From: Planktothrix pseudagardhii
Lineage (GTDB): Bacteria; Cyanobacteriota; Cyanobacteriia; Cyanobacteriales; Microcoleaceae
Length of the DNA stretch: 64,000 bases
Assembly: GCF_904830925.1 (NCBI RefSeq)
Contig: NZ_LR882967.1
Coordinates: forward strand, 3,682,106-3,746,105
Reading direction: 5' to 3'
How positions within the stretch are numbered: position 1 is the first letter of the stretch; every line of letters begins with the position of its first letter. Shown in pieces: positions 1 to 8,378 of this stretch. The notes beneath the pieces are model-generated. The model was not told the DNA's origin. It did no database searches and was given only the letters and a program-made list of their open reading frames with translations. Position numbers and translations under genes: made by a program.

Positions 1-3
1 TCA

Positions 4-525
4 ATGGCGGTTTTTGCCCTGGGAATTAAACCCACAGCCGAATGCTATCCCCTGTTGGTGAATCTATTAGAAACTGATCCCGATTATGGAGTCAGGGCTG
101 ATGCCGCAGGGGCTTTGGGTTATTTAGAAGATATTCGAGCATTTGAACCTTTAGTTAGAGCTTTTTATGAAGATACAGATTGGCTGGTTCGATTTAGTGC
201 GGCAGTTTCTTTAGGCAACCTGAAAGATATTCGCGCCCGTGATGTTTTATTAGCCGCATTAAATAGTAATGAAGTGATTTTACATCAAGCGGCGATCGCG
301 GCGATCGGAGAAATTAAAGATGTTGAATCTGTTGATCATATTCTGCGCTTTGCTCAAGCTGAAGATTGGTTAGTTCGGCAACGATTAGCTGAAGCATTAG
401 GTCATTTGATGACGCCCAAAAGTCTTTCGGCGTTGAACTATTTAGTCAAAGATAGTCATCCTCAAGTGGCTGAAGCTGCTAAAATTTCCCTAGAACGCTT
501 ACAAGAAGCCGGATTAAAATCTTAA
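4..525 (+). CDS. HEAT-repeat (PBS-lyase-like) protein; frame is open to the window edge so the true N-terminus may lie upstream
   Basis: 173-aa ORF made of repeated ~30-aa units with conserved A/L/VR/D positions typical of HEAT / phycobilisome-lyase repeats. Confidence 0.55.
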   Translation: MAVFALGIKPTAECYPLLVNLLETDPDYGVRADAAGALGYLEDIRAFEPLVRAFYEDTDWLVRFSAAVSLGNLKDIRARDVLLAALNSNEVILHQAAIAAIGEIKDVESVDHILRFAQAEDWLVRQRLAEALGHLMTPKSLSALNYLVKDSHPQVAEAAKISLERLQEAGLKS

Positions 526-652
526 GAATTTGATCACAGGGGAATGGAGAACACAAAGGATGATTTAATCTATCTTGACAAATGAACCTGACTATTAGAC
601 GATAGATTTTCAGTTTTTATATTTCCCTGAAAAGCTATCCTTAAATCAGCTT

Positions 653-1963
653 ATGACTTCTCCGTTCCCTTACCGTCAAAAACCTAAAATTCTCCAATTA
701 ATATTTTTTAGTTTTATTGTCTTATTGCTGGCTAGTATTTCAGCTATTTTAGGAGCAATGACAGCTTTACTTGCTCCTGAAAAATTTGATTTTAATGAAC
801 CCGAATTAAATATTTTAGATGGGCTATGGCGACATCGGTTTAAATATAATTTATCTCGTTCGGTTAATATTTTGGTGTTGGGAATTGATGGTAATCATAA
901 TCAAGATTCAGCGTCCCCTGATGTTTTTAAAGGTCGCAGTGATACGGTGTTAGTAGTGGGTTTTGAACCCCAAGATAAATCCGTGAGTTTATTATCTATT
1001 CCCCGTGATACTCAAGTTGAAATTCCGGGTTATGGAACTGGAAAAATTAATGAGGCGAATTATTGGGGGGGTGCTCAATTAGCGCAACAGGTAATTGAAA
1101 ATACTTTAAATAAAATTGAAGTTAACCGTTATGTTCGTGTAAGTAGCGGTGCATTTCGAGAATTAGTGGATTTTTTAGGAGGAGTAGAAGTTTATATTCC
1201 TCAACCGATGTCCTATCAAGATAAAACTCAGCAATTAAAAATTGATTTAGCACCCGGTTGGCAAACCATTAATGGAGAACAAGCCGATCAATTTGTGCGC
1301 TTTCGGGGTGATGGTTATGGAGATTTAGGCCGTGTTCAGCGTCAACAAGCGTTAATGGAAGCGATTTTAGTTCGACTCAAAGATCCGACAGTTTTACCGC
1401 GTGTTCCTGAAATTATTCGGATTATGCAAAAATATATTGATACTAATTTGAGTTTTGAAGAAATTTTAACCTTAGTTAATTTTGGTTTGAATCTTGACCC
1501 CCAGAATTTTAAAATGGTGATGTTACCCGGTCGTTCTAGTTCTCAGGAAGATTCTAATAGTAGTTATTGGTTCCTGGATGAACAGGGACGGGATCGAGTG
1601 ATGTATCAATATTTCCGTTTAGATTCAACAGGATACACCTTAAAAAGTTCCTATGAACCTTCGGCTTATGAAAGTTTATCCAAAGATTTAAAAATTGCGA
1701 TTCAAAATGCCTCTGGTCATCCGATTGGGTCAGAAAAAATGCTTAACTTTTTATCCAATCAAGGATTTAATCAAGTTTATTTAGCCCCAATAGAATCAAC
1801 TCCACAATTGCAAACCCAAATTATTGTTCAAGGCGGAGATTTAGGGGCGGCAAAATTGATGCAAAAAGCCCTTGGCTTAGGGGAAATTAAAGCCTCTGCC
1901 ACAGGAGAATTGGGTTCAGATTTAACCATTCGAGTCGGCGAAGATTGGATAAAAAACAAGTGA
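653..1963 (+). CDS. LytR-CpsA-Psr (LCP) family cell-envelope phosphotransferase
   Basis: N-terminal TM helix, then RSDTVLVVGF...SIPRDT motifs characteristic of the LCP domain; 436 aa. Confidence 0.7.
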   Translation: MTSPFPYRQKPKILQLIFFSFIVLLLASISAILGAMTALLAPEKFDFNEPELNILDGLWRHRFKYNLSRSVNILVLGIDGNHNQDSASPDVFKGRSDTVLVVGFEPQDKSVSLLSIPRDTQVEIPGYGTGKINEANYWGGAQLAQQVIENTLNKIEVNRYVRVSSGAFRELVDFLGGVEVYIPQPMSYQDKTQQLKIDLAPGWQTINGEQADQFVRFRGDGYGDLGRVQRQQALMEAILVRLKDPTVLPRVPEIIRIMQKYIDTNLSFEEILTLVNFGLNLDPQNFKMVMLPGRSSSQEDSNSSYWFLDEQGRDRVMYQYFRLDSTGYTLKSSYEPSAYESLSKDLKIAIQNASGHPIGSEKMLNFLSNQGFNQVYLAPIESTPQLQTQIIVQGGDLGAAKLMQKALGLGEIKASATGELGSDLTIRVGEDWIKNK

Positions 1964-2001
1964 TCAGCAACTTATTTTCAAACTTTAGTCAATAATTATT
2001 A

Positions 2002-2055
2002 ACTGATAACTGACAACTGACAACTGACAACTGACAACTGATAACTGATAACTGT
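2002..2055. repeat. heptanucleotide tandem repeat (CTGATAA/CTGACAA x ~8), STRR-like
   Basis: direct reading of the sequence; abuts the stop codon of the convergent gene at 2056. Confidence 0.9.
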
Positions 2056-3078
2056 CTATTGCAATTGATACAAGATTAAACCCAAATATTGATTTTCATC
2101 TGTCCAATTCTTTAATGAAACTAATCCTAGGGTTTGTAATTCCTCTTGAATTTGTTCAAATTGAAATTTACGAGAAATTTCCGTATGAATCGTTTCCCCT
2201 TCTGCAAATTCAAGGGTTAAATTCAGGGTTTTAAGTTCAACGATTTGCGATCGCAAACTTTTTAAGTGCATTTCAATTTGATGCTTCGTGTCATTGTAAA
2301 AGGCTAAATGTTCAAATTGCTCAATCTTAAAATTTCCTTCAAACAAACGGTTTAAATGTCGCAACATATTTAAGTTAAAAGCAGCCGTCACCCCTTGACT
2401 ATCATCATAAGCAGGTTCTAAAATCGACTTAGATTTATGTAAATCTACCCCTAATAAAAAATAATCTCCGGGCTGCAACGCTTCAACAACATGGGCAAAA
2501 AAAACATGGCATTCTTCGGGTTTTAAATTGCCTAATGTACTCCCAATAAAACCGATCATTCGTGATGGTAAAGGAGAAGAATTGAGATGCTTCAAGGCTG
2601 TTTCATAGGTACTAACAATCCCATGAATATGCAGCGTGGGATAATCTTCCAGGAGAGAATAGGCACTTTGTTCTAAAATTCCCCCACTAATATCAATGGG
2701 TAAATAATGTAAGGGATGACCTAACTCTTGATAAGCGTCTAATAGAATTCGAGTTTTTGTAGAACTCCCACTTCCTAATTCTACAACTTCACAAGGGCCT
2801 GTTAAATGGGCAATTTCCGAGGCATAATCTTGTAAAATTTTAGTTTCTGTGCGGGTTAAATAATATTCAGGTAACTCACAAATTTTCTCAAACAATAATG
2901 ATCCCTGATCATCATAAAAATATTTAGGCGGTAAGGTTTTGGGAGTTTGAGTTAGCCCTTTGATCACGTCCTCTCCAGCCGTAACCGGGCATTTTTCCCG
3001 AAAAGTTTCAATTGTTAAGCGAGGGTTAACTCGGATGTACTCCTCTGATGATACGAAGGAAGAATTTGAAATTGGCAT
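2056..3078 (-). CDS. egtD: EgtD-like SAM-dependent L-histidine N-alpha-methyltransferase (Methyltransf_33 family)
   Basis: 340 aa; VELGSGSSTKTRILL motif matches the EgtD SAM-binding signature; length fits standalone EgtD. Confidence 0.6.
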   Translation of the reverse strand: MPISNSSFVSSEEYIRVNPRLTIETFREKCPVTAGEDVIKGLTQTPKTLPPKYFYDDQGSLLFEKICELPEYYLTRTETKILQDYASEIAHLTGPCEVVELGSGSSTKTRILLDAYQELGHPLHYLPIDISGGILEQSAYSLLEDYPTLHIHGIVSTYETALKHLNSSPLPSRMIGFIGSTLGNLKPEECHVFFAHVVEALQPGDYFLLGVDLHKSKSILEPAYDDSQGVTAAFNLNMLRHLNRLFEGNFKIEQFEHLAFYNDTKHQIEMHLKSLRSQIVELKTLNLTLEFAEGETIHTEISRKFQFEQIQEELQTLGLVSLKNWTDENQYLGLILYQLQ

Positions 3079-3236
3079 TATAAAAGATAAAACTCAGCTT
3101 AAGAATAAGATTTTACCCTGTTTTGTTGATTAAAACCTATTTTTAGATAAAATTAAGCCATTATCCATCGTCTGACAGACTCAGAGCAACAAAAAAAATA
3201 TACAATAGGGAATAGCTGTTAACAAAAGTCTGATGA

Positions 3237-4727
3237 ATGTCTATGACCGCTACTGCACCTGTTACAACGAAGTATGAAGCGATTATTGGGTTAGAAACCC
3301 ATTGTCAACTGAGTACGGAAACTAAGATTTTCTCCAATTCTTCCACGAAATTTGGGGCTGATCCCAATATGAATATTGATCCCATTTGTATGGGATTACC
3401 CGGTGTCCTCCCGGTGTTAAATGAAAAAGTCTTAGAATATGCCGTAAAAGCTGGGTTAGCCCTTAATTGTGAAATTGCTGCTTACAGTAAATTTGATCGC
3501 AAACAATATTTTTATCCTGATTTGCCTAAAAATTATCAAATTTCTCAATATGATTTACCGATTGCCGCAAAGGGTCAATTAGAAATTGAAATTGTTGAGG
3601 AAGATGGCAGTTCAAGACGCAAAATTATCGGCATTACTCGCTTACACATGGAGGAAGATGCGGGGAAATTAGTTCATGGTGGAAGCGATCGCCTTTCCGG
3701 TTCAACCTATTCTATGGTTGATTATAATCGGGCGGGAATTGCTTTAGTTGAAATTGTGTCTGAACCGGATATTCGTTCTGGACAAGAAGCGGCTGAATAC
3801 GCCCAAGAATTGCGTCGAATTATGCGTTATTTAGGCGTGAGTGATGGCAATATGCAGGAAGGTTCCCTGCGCTGTGATGTGAATATTTCCGTGCGTCCCG
3901 TGGGTCAAAAAGAGTTTGGAACGAAAGTTGAAATTAAAAATATGAACTCTTTTAGTGCCATTCAACGGGCGATTGATCATGAAATAGAACGGCAAATTGC
4001 AGCCATAGAAGCGGGAGAAAAAATTATTCAAGAAACTCGCTTATGGGAAGAAGGAAGTCAACGAACTATTAGTATGAGAACGAAGGAAGGATCAAGCGAT
4101 TATCGCTATTTTCCTGAACCCGATCTTCCCCCGATTGAAGTGTCTGTTGAACAATTAAAAACTTGGCAATCGCAATTACCTGAACTCCCAGCCGCCAAAC
4201 GTCATCGCTATGAAACAGAATTAGGATTATCCCCCTATGATACTCGTGTTTTAACGGATGATCGTCCGGTTTCTGAATATTTTGAAGCAACTATTGCCGC
4301 AGGTGCTAATATTAAACAAGCGGTAAACTGGATTATGGGGGATATTACCGCCTATCTAAAAAACGAAAAATGCAGTATCACTGAAATTGCCCTCAAACCC
4401 CAAGAATTAGCGGAGTTAATTGCCTTAATTGAAGCCGGAACGATTAGTGGTAAAATTGCTAAAGATATTTTACCGGAATTATTGGCAAAAGGAGGTTCTC
4501 CTAAAGCTTTAGTGGAAGCGAAAGGATTAATTCAATTATCCGATCCTAAAGCTTTAGAAGAAATTATCGATCAAGTTTTAGCCGAAAATCCCAAAGAACT
4601 CGAACAATATCATGCGGGAAAAACTAAACTTCAAGGGTTTTTTGTGGGTCAAATTATGAAGAAAACGTCAGGAAAAGCTGATCCTAAACTCACGAATCAA
4701 CTCTTAGGGGAAAAGTTAAAAAAATAA
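3237..4727 (+). CDS. gatB: Asp-tRNA(Asn)/Glu-tRNA(Gln) amidotransferase subunit B
   Basis: 496 aa; N-terminal [13 protein letters not shown] plus GatB/YqeY C-terminal region; full-length match to GatB family. Confidence 0.9.
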   Translation: MSMTATAPVTTKYEAIIGLETHCQLSTETKIFSNSSTKFGADPNMNIDPICMGLPGVLPVLNEKVLEYAVKAGLALNCEIAAYSKFDRKQYFYPDLPKNYQISQYDLPIAAKGQLEIEIVEEDGSSRRKIIGITRLHMEEDAGKLVHGGSDRLSGSTYSMVDYNRAGIALVEIVSEPDIRSGQEAAEYAQELRRIMRYLGVSDGNMQEGSLRCDVNISVRPVGQKEFGTKVEIKNMNSFSAIQRAIDHEIERQIAAIEAGEKIIQETRLWEEGSQRTISMRTKEGSSDYRYFPEPDLPPIEVSVEQLKTWQSQLPELPAAKRHRYETELGLSPYDTRVLTDDRPVSEYFEATIAAGANIKQAVNWIMGDITAYLKNEKCSITEIALKPQELAELIALIEAGTISGKIAKDILPELLAKGGSPKALVEAKGLIQLSDPKALEEIIDQVLAENPKELEQYHAGKTKLQGFFVGQIMKKTSGKADPKLTNQLLGEKLKK

Positions 4728-4740
4728 GAAACGTCTGAAG

Positions 4741-4775
4741 GTTGGGTGATTAACTTTAACCCAACTCTTCTTAGA
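4741..4775 (+). terminator. putative rho-independent terminator after gatB
   Basis: GTTGGG...CCCAAC stem followed by a T-rich run (tcttcttagatttt). Confidence 0.4.
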
Positions 4776-4795
4776 TTTTAAGGAGATTTTAAGCC

Positions 4796-4891
4796 ATGCA
4801 AAAATACGAACGGGAGCGATTGTACTGGCGAGTTAGTTTTTTGTTGATTTTGTCTTTTCTCGCTTGGGGAATTTTCTTGATTATTCCTTAA
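4796..4891 (+). CDS. possible 31-aa hydrophobic small protein (MQKYERERLYWRVSFLLILSFLAWGIFLIIP)
   Basis: AAGGAGA Shine-Dalgarno 8 nt upstream of ATG; single predicted TM helix; below the ORF-track size cutoff. Confidence 0.3.
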   Translation: MQKYERERLYWRVSFLLILSFLAWGIFLIIP

Positions 4892-4918
4892 TCTTCAAGA
4901 AATCAGAAATTGTTTAAA

Positions 4919-4949
4919 GGGTTGGGTTTCACAATTGCTAAACCCAACC
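4919..4949. terminator. bidirectional hairpin between convergent ORFs
   Basis: GGGTTGGGTTT / AAACCCAACC perfect 10-11 bp stem, T-rich on both flanks. Confidence 0.4.
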
Positions 4950-4955
4950 TATTCT

Positions 4956-5213
4956 TCAGAATTCATCAGATTTGGGGCTAAAAAATAATTGGTTAACTTT
5001 ACTAATAGCCCAACTGAGAATCGCCCCGCCCATTAAAATTCCAATGGCGGGAGTAAACACAGGTTCCCAGAGTTTGTACCATAAATCTAAGCCTAGATTT
5101 ACTTTAAAAGAATGTCCTAAAACCGCAATTACTAGCCAAAAAAAACTGAATAATACTAAAAAGACATCCGCCACTAAAATTCGATTTAACCATTTGATCA
5201 ATTGTTCTTTCAT
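4956..5213 (-). CDS. small membrane protein (2 predicted TM helices), hypothetical
   Basis: 85-aa ORF; hydrophobic segments FLVLFSFFWLVIAVL and AIGILMGGAILSWAI. Confidence 0.4.
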   Translation of the reverse strand: MKEQLIKWLNRILVADVFLVLFSFFWLVIAVLGHSFKVNLGLDLWYKLWEPVFTPAIGILMGGAILSWAISKVNQLFFSPKSDEF

Positions 5214-5338
5214 CGTCCCAACTCAACTCAAAATTAGATTAACTCATTTAATCTTAAACCTTTATCAGTCGCTCCTAACGCTTAAAGCCCAGATTAATCA
5301 TCAACCCTAAACCGTAAAATCTAAATTTCCCTATTGCC

Positions 5339-5453
5339 TATTGCAAGAGTGTCTATTGCAAGAGTGCCTATTGCAAGAGTGCCTATTGCCTATTCTCTAT
5401 TTGCTGTTCCCTGTTCCCTGTTCCCTGTTCCCTGTTCCCTGTTCCCTATTGTC
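5339..5453. repeat. compound tandem repeats: 14-mer CTATTGCAAGAGTG x3 followed by heptamer CTGTTCC x6
   Basis: direct reading; intergenic. Confidence 0.9.
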
Positions 5454-5585
5454 TTGTATATTTTAAGCATCAAAGGGTTCTTTTTGCAAATATTAATTCA
5501 CAATTTGTAGACAAGCTTAACCTAATCTGAACCGAACCTTTGCTACAATAGAAGTCAAGAGTTATCATAGGCAGTCTGTGTCAAT

Positions 5586-6107
5586 ATGGTTCGCTACACC
5601 CTTGCTCAAAGTCCAGAAATCGTTCTCACCGTCCGAGGTAAAGATTCATCCCAAGCGCGTGAGAAAGCGATGGACAAACTGATGGAATTGATGGATGCAG
5701 GTAAACTGCCAACGGAATTAGATGAAGGCTTTAGTCCTCAACAGTTTATCGAAGTCAAAGAACCCGATGATACCCCCGTTGAAGAAGAAGATGCCATTTC
5801 TGAAGCTGTGCAGATTTTGAGTAATTTGGCTTCGTTGAAATTGAAAGTAATGGACTCACGGGAAGAAGCCTTAAAAGTACGAGAAGCCATTGATATTTTG
5901 TTTACAGATCAACCTGTAACAGTAGAAGAAGTAACCGAATTAAAAGATGGGTTTAAGGTGTTAAAAAATTTCGCGGTTTCTAATCTGCGATATCGAGAAG
6001 CTAGAGCAAAAGCCGAAGAAGCCAGAGCGATTTTAGATGAAGCTTTAAAGTCTTCTGATGCTGAAGCTAAACCCGAAAATGCTCCCGGAAAAAAAGATAA
6101 AAAATAG
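5586..6107 (+). CDS. hypothetical acidic protein
   Basis: 173-aa ORF with good codon periodicity; no recognisable domain. Confidence 0.5.
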   Translation: MVRYTLAQSPEIVLTVRGKDSSQAREKAMDKLMELMDAGKLPTELDEGFSPQQFIEVKEPDDTPVEEEDAISEAVQILSNLASLKLKVMDSREEALKVREAIDILFTDQPVTVEEVTELKDGFKVLKNFAVSNLRYREARAKAEEARAILDEALKSSDAEAKPENAPGKKDKK

Positions 6108-6250
6108 GTTTTAGGAGGCTATTATCTGTTGACAGTTTACAATTTGCTGTTAACCCTGAACTGTCAATAGATAACCCTTAAATTAAGCAGTTCTGTAAAT
6201 ACAGTGATTGACAAAAACTAATACAGCAAACTTAAAAAGTAAACTCTTCT

Positions 6251-6282
6251 TTTCTGTTCCCTGTTCCCTGTTCCCTGTTCCC
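6251..6282. repeat. heptamer tandem repeat TGTTCCC x4
   Basis: direct reading; the ORF-track start at 6208 reads through this repeat (FSVPCSLFPVPSS), so the real start is probably the ATG at 6292. Confidence 0.85.
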
Positions 6283-6291
6283 TCCTCTCTT

Positions 6292-7050
6292 ATGAAATTA
6301 CCCTCAACTTGGAATCTTCCCGCAACACTTCGCGATCGCTTTGGTCAAAAAAGTTTTGGTAAACAACGGGCGATGATAGCCGATGAGAATCTGTTATTAG
6401 TATTACATAAAGTTCCCAAACCGGGCGAGCGCCATCGAGAAGGGGTATTATTTTGGCGTAGACCCGATGGTCGTTGGGAATGCAGTAAAGGGGGTGTAGC
6501 GTTTCAACAATTAACCAATCATTTGAAAGAGTATCATTCAGCCGAAGAAGACTTAAATCAATTTTATAATATTGCTAAAACCGCAGAGGATTATTTTAAC
6601 CTTTTAGAGGCTATTACCCCCCTACAGTTAGCGACAGAAAACTTACACGCCACGTTACAAACAGCCAGAGAAGCAATTCCTCAAGATCGAGATATTCTGG
6701 ATTTAAGAGATTGGGCTTATGAAATTGAACGCACGTTAGATATTCTTTATATTAACACAAAAAATGCCCTGGATTTTAAAATCGCAACTGAAACAGAAGC
6801 CGCTGCTAAAGCTGGAAATCGGCTCAATACTTTAGCTGCAATTTTCTTTCCGCTTACGGCTATTTCCTGTGTATTTGGGATGAACTTAAAAAGCGGCTTG
6901 GAATTTCAATCTCCCCTAATGTTTTGGCTGATTTTTTTAGCCGGAATTTGGTTAGGGTTAGTTGTTAGACAATGGGTTTTTACAGGAACCTTTTCCCAAT
7001 TAAGCTTTAATAAATTAGCAATGGATTTAAAACAAGGGTTAAAAGAATAG
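6292..7050 (+). CDS. CorA-like divalent cation transporter family protein (start revised to ATG at 6292)
   Basis: C-terminal two TM helices with the GMN signature (VFGMNLK) typical of CorA/ZntB; the N-terminal domain is divergent. Confidence 0.5.
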   Translation: MKLPSTWNLPATLRDRFGQKSFGKQRAMIADENLLLVLHKVPKPGERHREGVLFWRRPDGRWECSKGGVAFQQLTNHLKEYHSAEEDLNQFYNIAKTAEDYFNLLEAITPLQLATENLHATLQTAREAIPQDRDILDLRDWAYEIERTLDILYINTKNALDFKIATETEAAAKAGNRLNTLAAIFFPLTAISCVFGMNLKSGLEFQSPLMFWLIFLAGIWLGLVVRQWVFTGTFSQLSFNKLAMDLKQGLKE

Positions 7051-7075
7051 CAATACTATTGTATTGTTAACTCCT

Positions 7076-7124
7076 GAACTGATAACTGATAACTGATAAC
7101 TGATAACTGATAACTGATAACTGA
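7076..7124. repeat. heptamer tandem repeat CTGATAA x7
   Basis: direct reading; same unit as the 2002-2055 array. Confidence 0.9.
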
Positions 7125-7125
7125 T

Positions 7126-7604
7126 TCAAGGTGTCGAAACAGTAGCAGCCGCTAGAAATTGCTCAATTTGATGGGGTTGCATAAAGGATAAATATTTCTG
7201 GGCAAATTCTGGAGGTAAAAGTTCAATTAAAAATTGATTTTCTACCCAAAATTCTATCACATCAAACGCATTTTCTCGATTACAGCGAACCGCTCGCCAT
7301 TCGTTTTCTGCTGCAATAGCTTCAATTTCCTCTTGAGTAATGGGAACAGAAAGAGCCAGATGGGTTGCACTATAGTTAGAACCCCAAGCATTATGGGTAA
7401 ATAGAACATCTTGATATCCGGTTCCCGGTGTTAATTCTGTGCCGAAGGGATAGACCTCAATGGCGGTTCCATATTCATCTAACATTAACACAAAATAACT
7501 ACCGGGGTGGGGGGAAAAGGAGCAAATTTTCCTTGAGAAATCTGGGCTAGAACTTCAGCGACTTGACGGGGATTTTTAGCTGGAATAGAAAGGTGATGAA
7601 TCAT
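7126..7604 (-). pseudogene. VOC/glyoxalase-like protein, apparently frameshifted in a poly-C tract (or homopolymer sequencing error)
   Basis: a 39-aa ORF (MIHHLSIPAKNPRQVAEVLAQISQGKFAPFPP...) starting at 7604 and the 121-aa ORF 7126-7491 are in different frames and overlap at CCCCCCACCCCGG; together they would give one ~158-aa protein. Confidence 0.4.
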
Positions 7605-7660
7605 AGGGATTTTTGAAACAATGAGTTAACATTAATGACTCAAATCTAAAACAATTAATC

Positions 7661-8050
7661 TCAGGTTTGAGTAGGATCAACAAAGGTGTAAAGATTATTC
7701 CTACAAACATTAATCTGGTAGTCTTCCAAGATTTGCCCATCAGCAAATACAGCACGAATATCGTAAAAACACCGAGCCGAGTTTGGATCAGAGAATAAAA
7801 CTTGAACACTTTGCCCTGTTGGTAACACATCGGTTTGCAAAATGTCGTATTCCCAATTATCAAGGCTCGAATCAGACAGATAGAGTTCTGTTACCATTTT
7901 ACTACTGTTATTGGCAATCACAAAATCCGACTTATCAGCGATCGCGCGCTGACTATGAAACATCACGAGGGGAAGAACTAAGAAGGCTGTAAATAATCGA
8001 CTGATGGGTAAGGTTGAGGGTAAAGGAATCTGGAACATTTCTAATTGCAC
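7661..8050 (-). CDS. secreted hypothetical protein (signal peptide)
   Basis: 129 aa; N-terminal hydrophobic h-region LFTAFLVLPLVMF; no known domain. Confidence 0.45.
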   Translation of the reverse strand: MQLEMFQIPLPSTLPISRLFTAFLVLPLVMFHSQRAIADKSDFVIANNSSKMVTELYLSDSSLDNWEYDILQTDVLPTGQSVQVLFSDPNSARCFYDIRAVFADGQILEDYQINVCRNNLYTFVDPTQT

Positions 8051-8378
8051 CTCAGCATCTGTTCAAAACTGGGAAATTCCAGTCTAGTCAAGGTTTAATG
8101 ATCGGCAATTTATCAAAATCAAGAGAGAATAATTGGAGACTAGAGGAAGATCCCGTTAAGATAAGATATAAATCGAGAAGAAGTGAGGAATTAATTTCCT
8201 TGCTTCTTCTCAATGTAGAACCCAAGATAACGCCTATCTACAGGTACGTTACACTGGAGAATAAACCGAGAAAAACCGTTTGAGTTGGAGTCAGAAGGAA
8301 TTCTCAAATCTAAAGTTAAGGTAGGATCGGGAAAAAGTCGGGAAGGTATCGCATTTCAAGGGAAAGATTAAACTCACC

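Noticed and set aside
3831-4290. ORFs 3831-4031(-) and 4069-4290(-) inside gatB
   Set aside because: Antisense shadow ORFs fully embedded in a well-supported gene on the opposite strand.
5339-5400. Possible CRISPR array (14-mer CTATTGCAAGAGTG x3 and 7-mer arrays)
   Set aside because: Repeat units are 7-14 nt and directly abutting with no spacers, and there are no cas genes nearby. These are STRR-like simple tandem repeats, not CRISPR.
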